DNA of 64,000 nucleotides from Polaromonas sp. (GCF_012927415.1 NZ_JABBPF010000015.1:20213-84212); one strand, 5' to 3'. Shown: positions 36,271 through 46,238, counted from the first letter of the stretch. A program made the numbers and translations. The notes: generated from the letters alone by a model not told the origin.

Positions 36271-37886
36271 AAAACTTACCGATGCCTGATTCATCCACCA
36301 TGAACTTCACCAATCCTTACCCTTCCGCCCGTTCTGCCGTGCTGGGGCGCAACGTTGTGAGCACCTCGCAACCACTCGCTGCACAGGCCGGCCTGCGCAT
36401 GCTGCTGGCCGGTGGAAATGCGGTGGATGCCGCCATCGCCACGGCGATGGCCTTGACCGTCGTCGAGCCGACCGGTTGCGGGCTCGGCAGCGATGGTTTT
36501 GCCATGGTTTGGGATGGCAAGGAACTGCACGGGCTGAACGCCTCAGGCCGTTCGCCTGCAGCTTGGTCCGCCGACCGCTTTGTCGGCCACGGCGCCATGC
36601 CCGACAAAGGCTGGGACGCCGTCACCGTACCCGGCGCGGTTTCCGCCTGGAGCACACTTTCGCGCCGTTTCGGCCGCCTGCCGTTTGCCGATCTGGCCAG
36701 GCCCGCCATTGACTATGCGCGCAACGGCTTTCCTGTATCGCCCGTCATCGCGCATTTGTGGGCGATGGGCGGTGCGCGGCTGGGCGACCAGCCCGGCTTT
36801 GCCGAATGCTTTTTACCCGGCGGCCGCGCGCCTCATGCCGGCGAGGTGTTTCGCAGCGAGGCCCATGCGAGCACGCTCGAAGCCATTGCCGACAGCCATG
36901 GCGAGGCGTTTTACCGCGGTGCGCTTGCCCAAAGCATCGCGGCACATGCCCGGGCGCATGGCGCGGTGCTGACCGAGGACGATCTGGCGAACCACCGCGC
37001 CGACTGGTGCGGCACGCTGGCGCAGCCTTTTGCCGGTTCAGTGGTCCACGAACTGCCACCGAACGGGCAGGGCATTGCCGCCCTCATGGCGCTGGGCATG
37101 ATGCAAACCCTGGGTGTTGGCAAGCAGCCGCTCGACCACATCGATACAGTGCATCTGTCGATCGAGGCGATGAAGTTCGCGCTGGCCGACCTGCACCGGT
37201 ACAACGCTGACAGAGACGCGATGCAGGTCTCGCCCAACGCGCTGCTGGACCCGGCCTACTTGGCCGAGCGCGCCAGACTGATTGACCGCAACCGTGCCAG
37301 CGACCCCGGCCACGGTAGGCCCAAGCCGGGCGGCACCGTCTACGTTGCAGCGGCGGATGCCTCCGGGATGATGGTTTCCTTCATTCAGTCCAACTACATG
37401 GGCTTTGGTTCGGGCATTGTCGTGCCCGGGACGGGCATCAGTCTGCAGAACCGGGGGCATGGTTTTTCCCTGGAGCGGGGGCATGCCAACCAAGTTGGGC
37501 CCGCCAAGCGTCCGTCGCACACCATCATCCCGGCGTTCGCCATGCATGCCGATGGAACGCCGCAAATGGCGTTCGGTGTGATGGGTGGACCGATGCAGTC
37601 GCAGGGTCATGTGCAAATGGCTTTGCGCGTGCTGCATTACGCGCAGAATCCTCAGGCTGCAGCTGACGCCCCCCGCTGGCGCATGACTGGCGGCCGTCAG
37701 GTGGCGGTCGAGCCAGGCTTTGACGCCGGTGTGGCGAGCGAGCTTGCTGCGCGCGGGCATGAGGTCACTGTCGAGTCTGGCAGCGGCGTGTTCGCATTCG
37801 GGGGCGCGCAACTGGTGCTCAGGCAGGGCGACGCCTACATTGCAGGCTCAGACCCGCGCAAGGACGGCCAGGCCGTGGCGTTTTAA
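36267..37886 (+). CDS. ggt: gamma-glutamyltransferase family protein
   Basis: GGN…AA…A motifs. Probable nucleophile region PGGTVYVAAAD. GFGSGIVVPGTGISLQNRG. Confidence 0.85.
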   Translation: MKNLPMPDSSTMNFTNPYPSARSAVLGRNVVSTSQPLAAQAGLRMLLAGGNAVDAAIATAMALTVVEPTGCGLGSDGFAMVWDGKELHGLNASGRSPAAWSADRFVGHGAMPDKGWDAVTVPGAVSAWSTLSRRFGRLPFADLARPAIDYARNGFPVSPVIAHLWAMGGARLGDQPGFAECFLPGGRAPHAGEVFRSEAHASTLEAIADSHGEAFYRGALAQSIAAHARAHGAVLTEDDLANHRADWCGTLAQPFAGSVVHELPPNGQGIAALMALGMMQTLGVGKQPLDHIDTVHLSIEAMKFALADLHRYNADRDAMQVSPNALLDPAYLAERARLIDRNRASDPGHGRPKPGGTVYVAAADASGMMVSFIQSNYMGFGSGIVVPGTGISLQNRGHGFSLERGHANQVGPAKRPSHTIIPAFAMHADGTPQMAFGVMGGPMQSQGHVQMALRVLHYAQNPQAAADAPRWRMTGGRQVAVEPGFDAGVASELAARGHEVTVESGSGVFAFGGAQLVLRQGDAYIAGSDPRKDGQAVAF

Positions 37887-38138
37887 AGTCAAGGGAATAG
37901 CGCCGATTCTGTTTGTCCAATTGCTCGCGTTGGGCTGCCTGCTCCGGCTTTCTCACCGGCTTGCTGCGCCCGCGCGTTCGCCTGCCTCCTGTTCGTGTTG
38001 GCGGCCTTCATGACGAGCCGGGACTTGCAGCCTGACTGCACAGCGGGACCCGCGCTGGAGTTTCGGAAAGTGATCCGGTCAAAACCTGGTGAAAATTGGC
38101 GTTTTATCAGGCACCACGCGAGAAAGCAGATACTTTTT

Positions 38139-38921
38139 TTATAGAGAAACGAGTTCCAGAACGACAGGTACATGATCGCTGGGCCGCTCGTTCTTTCGCG
38201 GCAGCTTGTCGATGACGCAACTGCGAACCTGTGGTTTGAGCGCTTCGCTGACCAGAATGTGGTCAATTCGCAGGCCGCGGTTGCGCCGGAACGCCATCTC
38301 CCGGTAATCCCACCACGAGTAGCTTTTCTCGGGCTGCTCAAACATCCGGAAGGCATCGCTCAAACCCAGGTCAATCAGCGCCTGAAAGTGCTGGCGCTCT
38401 TCGGTGGTGTGGTGGATGGTTTCGCGCAAGCCTTGCGGGTCATAGGTGTCGCGGTCATCCACGGTGATGTTGAAGTCGCCGAGCAGTATCAGTTTCGGGT
38501 GCGCCGCGAGTTCTTCGCGCAGCCAGTCGCGCAGGCCGTCCAGCCATTTCATCTTGTACGCAAACTTCTCTGTTGCCGGCGCCTGGCCGTTGACAAAATA
38601 GCCGTTGATGACGCGCAACTCGCCAGCGGGTGTGTCCAGCGTGGCGGCAATCACGCGTGACTGCTCGTCACTAAAGCCCTGAATGTTTTTCACGATGCCG
38701 CGCGCTGGCGTCTTGCTCAAAATCGCGACGCCGTTGTAGGTTTTCTGGCCGAACACCGCGCTCTGGTAGCCAGCTTCCTTTAGCTCCTTCAGCGGAAACT
38801 TGTCATCGCTGAGTTTGAGTTCCTGCAGGCACAGCGCATCGACCGGGTGCGTCGCGAGCCAGTCAAGCACCTGCGGCAGCCGCACCGCCAGTGAATTTAC
38901 GTTCCAGGTGGCAATTTTCAT
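38139..38921 (-). CDS. xthA: exodeoxyribonuclease III
   Basis: MKIATWNVNSL…, CLQELK, …DYR…RIDHIL. Start taken at ATG 38921. Confidence 0.9.
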   Translation of the reverse strand: MKIATWNVNSLAVRLPQVLDWLATHPVDALCLQELKLSDDKFPLKELKEAGYQSAVFGQKTYNGVAILSKTPARGIVKNIQGFSDEQSRVIAATLDTPAGELRVINGYFVNGQAPATEKFAYKMKWLDGLRDWLREELAAHPKLILLGDFNITVDDRDTYDPQGLRETIHHTTEERQHFQALIDLGLSDAFRMFEQPEKSYSWWDYREMAFRRNRGLRIDHILVSEALKPQVRSCVIDKLPRKNERPSDHVPVVLELVSL

Positions 38922-38964
38922 TGTTTTAGCGCTTAGGTCCAATCAGAATCGGCATGAGTAGCTA

Positions 38965-39555
38965 TTAAATATGTAGCGCCGCAAGAGCGCCCAGCACCAG
39001 CCCGACCCCGGCTAGCGCAAACATGCCGTACTCCAGCCACTTCTTGCGCGTTAGCAGGGCAATCGCTGCCAGGGCAATCGAGACCTGCAGCACGGTCGTG
39101 GCTTGTGCCCAGCGGTGGTGCTGGTGCATTTGCTCGTCGGACGATTTGTCCCAGACGGTGGCCTCGCTTTCCAGTTTCTCGGCGGCCACCGTGATTTCGT
39201 TTTTCTCTTTTTCGTAACGGTCAATCTTGCCCTGGTAGGCGACCTTTTTGTCTTCGGGCGCCAGGTCCCGGGCAAATTCGGACAGCGACTGCTTGGTACT
39301 TTTGGCTTGAAAAAAGTTCCATTGGTTGGACGCTTCGGTCTTCTTGATGGCGGCGTTGTTTTTGTAAAGGCCAGCATTGGCTTGCGTGGCGCCACCCTGG
39401 TAGGAAAACAAAGCCCCCACCGTGGCGATGATGGCGGTGACGACCGCAATCTGCGCGATCATGCCGCCCTTGTCGGGTCCGTCATGTGCGCCCTGCGCGG
39501 CGTGCTCCAGTTCATGATCGTGCGGCCCGTGTACGTGAAATTCTTGTCCAGACAT
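38965..39555 (-). CDS. DUF4337-like membrane protein
   Basis: His-rich N-terminus, TM helix, KKTEASNQWNFFQAKSTKQ, C-terminal TM helices. Confidence 0.55.
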   Translation of the reverse strand: MSGQEFHVHGPHDHELEHAAQGAHDGPDKGGMIAQIAVVTAIIATVGALFSYQGGATQANAGLYKNNAAIKKTEASNQWNFFQAKSTKQSLSEFARDLAPEDKKVAYQGKIDRYEKEKNEITVAAEKLESEATVWDKSSDEQMHQHHRWAQATTVLQVSIALAAIALLTRKKWLEYGMFALAGVGLVLGALAALHI

Positions 39556-39556
39556 A

Positions 39557-40054
39557 TTAATTTTCCGATTGTTTTTGGTAAGTGACGAAACTGAATTTCA
39601 GGCCTGTGGTGGATATGTGATCTTCGCGCGCCACTGCTCCCCATTGGCGGCCAAGCGGCGGCGCAAACGCGTCGCCTTCGAAGTTACGGTCAATTTCCGT
39701 GACTTCTACACGGTCTGCAAGAGGCTCGGCCTGGGCGTAGATTTGCGCACCGCCCACGACCCAGACTTCTTCAGCCCGCGCGCACAGTTCAAGTGCTCTG
39801 GCCAGGCTTGAGGCCGCTGCAGCGCCCGCTGCGTGCCAGTCGGGCTGCCGGGTGATGACGACATTGTCGCGACCGGGAAGGGGACGGAATTTGGGCGGGA
39901 GTGAATCCCAGGTCTTGCGTCCCATGATGACGGGATGGCCCAGGGTCAGGCGTTTGAAATGCGCCAGGTCTTCCGGCAGGTGCCAGGGCATGGCGTTGTT
40001 GTTGCCAATCACGCCGTTGGCGGCGCGGGCGTAAATCAGATTGATGCGGGGCAT
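39557..40054 (-). CDS. folA: dihydrofolate reductase
   Basis: LIYARAANGVIGNNNAMPWHLPEDLAHFKRLT…GRKTWDSLP. Confidence 0.9.
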   Translation of the reverse strand: MPRINLIYARAANGVIGNNNAMPWHLPEDLAHFKRLTLGHPVIMGRKTWDSLPPKFRPLPGRDNVVITRQPDWHAAGAAAASSLARALELCARAEEVWVVGGAQIYAQAEPLADRVEVTEIDRNFEGDAFAPPLGRQWGAVAREDHISTTGLKFSFVTYQKQSEN

Positions 40055-40067
40055 GATGGCGGGCCAG

Positions 40068-40901
40068 TCAAACCGCCACCGGCGCCTTGATGGCCGGGTG
40101 GTGTTGATAGTCCAGAAATTCGAAGTCTTCGAACTGATAGTCGAAGATTGAAGCCGGCTTGCGCCTGATCTGCAGCATCGGATAGGGCAGGGGCGCGCGG
40201 CTCAGTTGCAGTGCTACCTGTTCCTGGTGGTTGCTGTAGATGTGGCAATCGCCGCCGGTCCAGATGAAGTCACCCACATCCAGGTCGCACTGCTGCGCCA
40301 CCATGTGCGTGAGCAGGGCATAACTGGCGATGTTGAAAGGCACGCCGAGAAAAATATCGGCGCTGCGCTGGTAGAGCTGGCAGCTGAGCTTGCCCGGCTG
40401 GCCAGCCACTTCAGACGGGGCCACATAAAACTGGAAGAAGGCATGGCAGGGCATCAACGCCATCTTGTCCAGATCAGCCACGTTCCACGCGCTGACGATG
40501 ATGCGGCGCGAGTCGGGGTTGGTCATGAGCGCCTTGATGACCTCTGCAATCTGGTCAATGTGGCCGCCATCGGGCGTCGGCCAGCTGCGCCACTGCACGC
40601 CATAGACCGGGCCCAAGCTGCCGTCTTCTCGCGCCCATTCGTCCCAGATGCTGACGCCGCGCTCTTTCAGCCAGTTGTTGTCGCTTGAGCCCTGCAAAAA
40701 CCACAGTAGCTCATGAACGATGGACTTGACGTGAACCTTTTTGGTCGTGACCAGCGGGAAACCTTCGTTCAGGTCAAAGCGCATCTGGTAGCCAAACACG
40801 CTTTTGGTTCCAGTGCCGGTGCGGTCGGCTTTGAACACGCCCTGCGCGGCGACATGGCGCATGAAATCTTCGTATTGGGAGCGGACAGGGCGGTCGGACA
40901 T
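40068..40901 (-). CDS. thyA: thymidylate synthase
   Basis: …DRTGTGT…, [10 protein letters not shown], …[12 protein letters not shown]…. The ATG at 40901 shares one nt with the ccdB stop (TGATG). Confidence 0.95.
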   Translation of the reverse strand: MSDRPVRSQYEDFMRHVAAQGVFKADRTGTGTKSVFGYQMRFDLNEGFPLVTTKKVHVKSIVHELLWFLQGSSDNNWLKERGVSIWDEWAREDGSLGPVYGVQWRSWPTPDGGHIDQIAEVIKALMTNPDSRRIIVSAWNVADLDKMALMPCHAFFQFYVAPSEVAGQPGKLSCQLYQRSADIFLGVPFNIASYALLTHMVAQQCDLDVGDFIWTGGDCHIYSNHQEQVALQLSRAPLPYPMLQIRRKPASIFDYQFEDFEFLDYQHHPAIKAPVAV

Positions 40902-41215
40902 CAATAGCCTCCAAACAGGGTGTCGAGCGCGTTCTGGATGACAGCGCTCTGATTGGCAAGGCTGGCGAGGGGGCGAAGGAGATCACTGGAAGGAATTGCA
41001 CCGATGGCGGCGGTATTCATGATCAGGGCTTGACCTTGCAAGTCAAGCTCTGGGTTCAGGTCGCGCACCGATGCTGAGCGGAAACGGCCTGCGTCATGCA
41101 GGGGAACCATGACACGGGTGTCGACTTCGAGAAAGTTGTTTTGCACGTCCAGCAAGTAGGGCGTGGTGGTACGCTCGTTCGCGTCAGGATTGTTGTACAC
41201 GTCGTATCGGGCCAT
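40901..41215 (-). CDS. ccdB: CcdB-family toxin (gyrase poison family)
   Basis: 104 aa. YDVY…[11 protein letters not shown]…TRVMVPL… and C-terminal …ALDTLFGGY parallel F-plasmid CcdB. Confidence 0.7.
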   Translation of the reverse strand: MARYDVYNNPDANERTTTPYLLDVQNNFLEVDTRVMVPLHDAGRFRSASVRDLNPELDLQGQALIMNTAAIGAIPSSDLLRPLASLANQSAVIQNALDTLFGGY

Positions 41216-41218
41216 GGC

Positions 41219-41488
41219 TCAGCCCTTTTGGCCGTCACCAAGACTGCGTGCGAAGCTGCGGTACTTCGCCAACGGCAGTCCTTCTTGCGCGATTCGCTGG
41301 TTGTAGGCGTCCATCGCCTCGCGATTGTCATCGCGCCACTTTCCCCAATAACGTCGTTTGACCTCTTCAGCCAGCAGAGCGTCGACAGTTTGCGAAACAT
41401 TCATGCCCAACTCGCGGGCCAGCTCCAGCACTTTCGAGTTCAGTGAAAGATTGGTAGCCTTTTTGGCGCCATTCTTCAAGTTCGGCAT
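41219..41488 (-). CDS. ccdA: CcdA-family antitoxin
   Basis: 89 aa. NLSLNSKVLELARELGMNVSQTVDALL…W…NREAMDAYN. Located 3 nt upstream of ccdB. Confidence 0.7.
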   Translation of the reverse strand: MPNLKNGAKKATNLSLNSKVLELARELGMNVSQTVDALLAEEVKRRYWGKWRDDNREAMDAYNQRIAQEGLPLAKYRSFARSLGDGQKG

Positions 41489-41515
41489 GACGGTACTCCA
41501 TGAAACATGCGCGGA

Positions 41516-43018
41516 TTATATGCGCACGATTCGCCCCGGATTCATGATGTTTTGCGGATCGAGCGCCTCTTTAACAGCGCGCATCATCGATAGCGCTACC
41601 GGCGATTTGTAGCGTGGCAGCTTGTCGGTTTTAAGGCTGCCAACGCCGTGTTCGGCCGAGATGGAGCCGTCAAAACGGGCTACCGAGTCATACACCAGTG
41701 TGTTGACGTTTTCTTCCTGCTCATTGAGAAAGGCCCTGGCGTCGCTGCCTTCAGGGGCCTGCACGTTGTAATGAAGATTGCCGTCGCCCAGGTGGCCGAA
41801 GTTCACCAACCGCACGCCGGCAATATTTTTCTGCAGCAGGGCATCGGTGTCGGTCACAAACTGCGGAATGTGCGAGACCGGAATGGAAATGTCGTGCTTG
41901 ATATTCAGGCCTTCCTCGGCCTGCGCCAGCGGAATGCTCTCGCGGATGTGCCACAGGCTCGCAGCCTGCGTCAGGTTTTCGGCCACCACGGCATCACTGA
42001 CGCAACCCTGCTCAAAGGCGGTTTCCAGCAGCCGCTCGAATTGGGCGCGCGCATGGACCTCGGATTCGTGATCGGAGTTTTCAAGCAGCACGCAATAAGG
42101 GGGCCCCACGCTCTGCACTGCGTTGGGTTCGCTGCTCCCCGATGTTGCCGTACCTTGCTCGGGGCGGTCCGGCGGCGCGGCAGGCGCTTCGAAAAACGGC
42201 ACGCGCAGCTGGGCAAAGTGTTTGTCCACCAGGCTCAGCGCAAACTGCCCCATGACTTCAAACCCCGTCAGGCCCGCGCCCAGGTGCTGGTGCGACAGGC
42301 CGAGCAGGGCGACGGCGGCTTCCATCGACGGCACTGCAGCCCAGGCCGTCAGCCGGGCTGCGGGCTGCGGGTAGAGCTTCAGCGTGGCGGCGGTGATGAT
42401 GCCCAGCGTGCCCTCGCTGCCGATGAACAGGTCGCGCAGGTCGTAGCCGGTATTGTCCTTGCGCAGCCCCGACAGCCCATGCCAGATTTCGCCCTGCGCT
42501 GTGACCACTTCCAGCCCCAGGCACAAATCGCGCGCATTGCCATAGCGCACCACCTGCGTGCCACCGGCGTTGGTCGCCAGATTGCCGCCAATCGTGCAGC
42601 TGCCTTCGGCGGCCAGGCTCAAGGGGAAAAGAAAGCCGGCCTTTTCGGCTGCATCCTGTAGGTTTTGCAGGATGCAGCCGGCTTCGACCGTCACCGTGAG
42701 GTTGGCCGCATCCATAGCGCGCACGGCGTTCATGCGCTGCAGGCTCAGCACGACTTGCGTGCCTGATTCATCCGGCACGGAGCCGACGGCCAGGCCGGTG
42801 TTGCCGCCTTGCGGCACCAGGCTCACGCCGGCAGCAGCGCAGGCCTTGACGATGGCGGCCACTTCCGCCGTGTTGCCGGGGCGTGCCACTGCCAGTGCCT
42901 TGCCATGGGCGCGCTTGCGCCAGTCCTGCGTGTAAGCGCTCAGGTCGCCACCTGTCAGCAGATTCGCCTGGCCGGTGATTTGCGCGAGGGTTTGCAGAAA
43001 ATCGTCGGTTCGGGTCAT
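41516..43018 (-). CDS. FAD-binding oxidase (GlcD / D-2-hydroxyacid dehydrogenase family)
   Basis: FAD_binding_4-like N-terminus (VARPGNTAEVAAIV…LVPQGGNTGL) and C-terminal SAEHGVG motif. Confidence 0.85.
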   Translation of the reverse strand: MTRTDDFLQTLAQITGQANLLTGGDLSAYTQDWRKRAHGKALAVARPGNTAEVAAIVKACAAAGVSLVPQGGNTGLAVGSVPDESGTQVVLSLQRMNAVRAMDAANLTVTVEAGCILQNLQDAAEKAGFLFPLSLAAEGSCTIGGNLATNAGGTQVVRYGNARDLCLGLEVVTAQGEIWHGLSGLRKDNTGYDLRDLFIGSEGTLGIITAATLKLYPQPAARLTAWAAVPSMEAAVALLGLSHQHLGAGLTGFEVMGQFALSLVDKHFAQLRVPFFEAPAAPPDRPEQGTATSGSSEPNAVQSVGPPYCVLLENSDHESEVHARAQFERLLETAFEQGCVSDAVVAENLTQAASLWHIRESIPLAQAEEGLNIKHDISIPVSHIPQFVTDTDALLQKNIAGVRLVNFGHLGDGNLHYNVQAPEGSDARAFLNEQEENVNTLVYDSVARFDGSISAEHGVGSLKTDKLPRYKSPVALSMMRAVKEALDPQNIMNPGRIVRI

Positions 43019-43410
43019 GGCAGGCTCGTCGCTGCAGCGTCGGAGGCGGGCGAGTTTTTAAGGCGTATGCGCACATGCAGCGCGCAGGCTGTGAAAAGCA
43101 GCAGGCACAGCAGCACTTCCAGCATGGCGAGGTAGTTGCCCGGTGGGCGGTCACTCCAGGCGCGCGTTGCGCCTTCAGTAAAGTAAATCCACACCATCAG
43201 GCTGACCCAGCGGTAGGTGTACATGCGGTTTTTCAGAATGCCGGCCAGGGGAATGCACAGCGGGAGCACCTTGAGCGCCAGAAGCGATCCGCCAGGCCGT
43301 ATCGGCGCCAGCCACATTTCCCAGGCCAGACCCAGGACGATCAGCCCGCCCAGGCTGCCCAGGGCCAGCCAGCGTGTCATTTCAATCCGGTTTGTTTTGT
43401 TCATGTTCAT
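43015..43410 (-). CDS. DUF2069-like membrane protein
   Basis: 131 aa from ATG 43410, with 4 TM helices. ATGA overlap with the downstream oxidase gene. The longer ORF-track N-terminus was rejected. Confidence 0.55.
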   Translation of the reverse strand: MNMNKTNRIEMTRWLALGSLGGLIVLGLAWEMWLAPIRPGGSLLALKVLPLCIPLAGILKNRMYTYRWVSLMVWIYFTEGATRAWSDRPPGNYLAMLEVLLCLLLFTACALHVRIRLKNSPASDAAATSLP

Positions 43411-43437
43411 AAGAGTGTCAATGGCATGATACCGGGG

Positions 43438-44652
43438 ATGAAATTTCAGCAGTCTTTGCAGGCTTTGCTCGACGAGCTGTCGCATTTTCCCTGGCGCGAT
43501 ACCGCCATTACCCTGCGCCAGCGTTTTCGTGAAGACCATATGGGCCTGACCGCCAGCAGCCTGACCTTTACCACTTCGATTGCGCTGGTGCCCTTCTTTA
43601 CAGTCGCGCTGGCGATTTTTACCGCCTTCCCGATGTTTTCGAAGCTGCAGGGCGCGTTGAAGAACTGGCTCGTCCAGAGCCTGATTCCCGACAACATTGC
43701 CCGCCAGGTGCTGGGTTACCTGACCCAGTTCAGCCTGCAAGCCAGCAAACTGGGCGGTGCCGGTCTGGCGGTGCTGCTGGTCACGGCCATTGCTCTGATT
43801 CTGACTATAGACCGCACCCTGAACGGCATCTGGCGCGTGAGAAAACCCCGGCCGCTGGCGCAACGGGTGCTGATTTACTGGGCTGCCATCACGCTCGGGC
43901 CGTTGGTGCTGGCAGTCAGTCTGGCGGTTACGTCGTATGTGGTTTCAGCCTCCAGCGGGCTGGTGGGCGCCTTGCCCATCAGCCTGCGTTTTTTGCTGGA
44001 CCTGGCCCAGTTTTTTCTGGTCGTCAGCGGCATGGCTGCCTTGTACCGCTACGTTCCCAACACCTACGTCAAATGGGCGCATGCTTTCGCTGGCGGTGTG
44101 TTTGTTGCCGCGGGTATTGAAATTGGCAAGAAAATACTGGGCATCTATCTGGCTGCGGTGCCGACCTACTCCCTTGTTTACGGTGCCTTTGCCGCCTTGC
44201 CAATCCTGCTGGTCTGGATTTATGTGTCATGGGTCATCGTGCTGATGGGCGCAGTCATTACGGCGTACCTGCCCAGCTTGCTGGCCGGCGTTTCGCGACG
44301 CGGCAGTGCCCATGGCTGGCTGTTTCAGTTGTCCATTGAAATCCTGCAGCATCTGGACAAGGCTCGTGCTACCGCACGAATTGGCGTGAGCGCCGCGCAA
44401 TTGGCAGCACTGCTTGACGTGGACGTGCTGCAGCTGGAGCCGGTGCTGGAAACGCTGGTAGAGCTGGACTGGGTTGGCCAGCTCAACGATGCCCAGGGGC
44501 AGGCCGAGTCGCGCTATCTGCTTTTGGTCAACCCCGATGCGACCGCGCTGGAGCCTCTGATGCAGCTGTTGCTGCTGGACAAGGCGCAATCGGTCGGCAA
44601 TTTATGGGAAAAAGCCCGCTGGTCCCAGATTCGTCTGCGCGATGCGCTATGA
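43438..44652 (+). CDS. YihY/BrkB family membrane protein
   Basis: Start at ATG 43438 (MKFQQSLQALLD…). LTASSLTFTTSIALVPF… is typical of the YihY family. Confidence 0.8.
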   Translation: MKFQQSLQALLDELSHFPWRDTAITLRQRFREDHMGLTASSLTFTTSIALVPFFTVALAIFTAFPMFSKLQGALKNWLVQSLIPDNIARQVLGYLTQFSLQASKLGGAGLAVLLVTAIALILTIDRTLNGIWRVRKPRPLAQRVLIYWAAITLGPLVLAVSLAVTSYVVSASSGLVGALPISLRFLLDLAQFFLVVSGMAALYRYVPNTYVKWAHAFAGGVFVAAGIEIGKKILGIYLAAVPTYSLVYGAFAALPILLVWIYVSWVIVLMGAVITAYLPSLLAGVSRRGSAHGWLFQLSIEILQHLDKARATARIGVSAAQLAALLDVDVLQLEPVLETLVELDWVGQLNDAQGQAESRYLLLVNPDATALEPLMQLLLLDKAQSVGNLWEKARWSQIRLRDAL

Positions 44653-44732
44653 AAAACGCGCGCTCATAAGGGTCCAGGCATCCGTAATCCGCCATCCGCC
44701 TACCTGCCACCAAGCCCTGAATTCACATCCAC

Positions 44733-45128
44733 ATGAGCCACCTGCCTGCACCAGCCATTATTCCGCCGGAGCCCGTTCCCACCTGGGTAATCTGCCTGTG
44801 TGCGGACTGGTGCGGCCTTTGCCGCGACTACCGGGGCGTGGTCGAGGACATGGCGGCCCGCTACCCTTCGGTCCGGTTTGTCTGGCTGGACATTGAAGAC
44901 CAGGCAGACCTGGTCGGTGATCTGGACGTGGAGACTTTCCCCACGGTGCTAATGGCCGATGCGCGAGGCACCTGGTTTTTTGGCCCCTTGCCGCCGCAGC
45001 CACAAAACCTGGCGCGACTGCTTGACTCGCTGGCTCGCTCAGGCCTTCAGGCACAGCCCCATTCCACCGTCACGCGGCAGTTGCTGGGCGCCGTGCAGAC
45101 AGCGCCTGCGTTCTGGGTCAAGGACTGA
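44733..45128 (+). CDS. thioredoxin-fold protein (WCGLC active site)
   Basis: CADWCGLCRDY motif. Confidence 0.75.
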   Translation: MSHLPAPAIIPPEPVPTWVICLCADWCGLCRDYRGVVEDMAARYPSVRFVWLDIEDQADLVGDLDVETFPTVLMADARGTWFFGPLPPQPQNLARLLDSLARSGLQAQPHSTVTRQLLGAVQTAPAFWVKD

Positions 45129-45536
45129 ACTTTCGCGCTGCGGCACCCGGCAGTTTCGCCGTTTTTGCACGAAAATTGCTTGTTGTCGATGTTTTATCGC
45201 TGTTGTTTGCTATGGTATTAATAGCGAGCAGGGCCGTCGCTTGACTGGAAAATCAGCGCTGTGGTGGATGGCGATTCATCGGCAAGACCGGGTGTAAGTC
45301 TTGTAAGGCGCTTTTACAGCGCGCTCTTCACACCTTGCCCGCCACCGGTGCCAGTGCTACAAACTCAGCTGCTGTATGGCTTTCTGTACTGAGCCTGTCA
45401 TCACCGTCAGAGGCCAAGGCGTGGGCTGTCCTGCGTTGCATCGGCCATTGCGCAATCGCCTTTTCCGGCCAGCGTATCGGGACCGCCGCTGGCCGGTTTG
45501 ATGTCCGAGGTCCCAGTTTCCACAAGGAGAATAATC

Positions 45537-45830
45537 ATGAGGACGTATATTGCACTTTCCAGCTTTACCGATCAGGGTATTCGCAGCGTCAAGGAAACCT
45601 TAAAACGCGCGGATGCCGTCAAGGAAGCGGCCAAAAAGTTCGGCGCCAGCATGACCCAGATCTACTGGACGCTCGGCAAATACGATCTGGTCGTGACCCT
45701 CGAAGCACCGGATGACGAGTCGGCCACGGCTTTCGCGCTGGCCATCGCTGGCGGGGGCAATGTCCGCATGCAGACTTTGCGCGCCTTTACCAAGGACGAG
45801 ATGACCGGAATTCTCGGCAAGATGGCCTAG
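45537..45830 (+). CDS. GYD domain protein
   Basis: MRTYIALSSFTDQG…YWTLGKYDLV. AAGGAGA RBS. Confidence 0.75.
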   Translation: MRTYIALSSFTDQGIRSVKETLKRADAVKEAAKKFGASMTQIYWTLGKYDLVVTLEAPDDESATAFALAIAGGGNVRMQTLRAFTKDEMTGILGKMA

Positions 45831-45970
45831 CCTGCCCCATTTTCCCCAGTGACTTGCGGGGCCGCTGGACGTCATCGGCGAGGATTTTGCCTTGCCGTCA
45901 TTGGGCGTAGGTCGTGCCCCGGTACTTTCTTGTTTTGTTTATCAGCACTTCATTCGTCAGGAGAACTTTC

Positions 45971-46238
45971 ATGGCCAGTTTCCTGCTCATCCGACACAAG
46001 GTCAGCGACTTTTCGCAATGGACGCGCGGCTACGACGCTCACCTGCCAAAATGCGTTGAGGCTGGTCTTACGGAAAAGTACCTGCTTCGCGACGCTCAGG
46101 ATCCCAACGAAGGCATCCTCCTTTTTGAGGCACAGGACCGTAGTCGTTCCAAGGCCTTGTCGAGTCCGCGGATCTGAGGGAAACATGCAGAAAGTTGGCG
46201 TCGTGGATAAACCGGACCTCCACTTCCTCAACGGCTGA
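45971..46238 (+). pseudogene. small alpha/beta-barrel-type protein gene, apparently disrupted by two 1-nt frameshifts
   Basis: MASFLLIRHKV…ILLFEAQDRSRSKAL in one frame, LVESADLRET in a second frame, MQKVGVVDKPDLHFLNG in a third frame. Confidence 0.45.

Noticed and set aside
41648-42661. 337-aa plus-strand ORF
   Set aside because: Lies entirely antisense to the well-supported FAD-oxidase gene. No motifs and no RBS.
43411-43863. N-terminal extension of the DUF2069 ORF (and the reciprocal 43075-43437 extension of the YihY ORF)
   Set aside because: The two long ORFs overlap each other antisense. The extensions are Gln/Arg/Gly-rich and non-membrane. Internal ATGs at 43410 and 43438 give divergent genes with typical N-termini.
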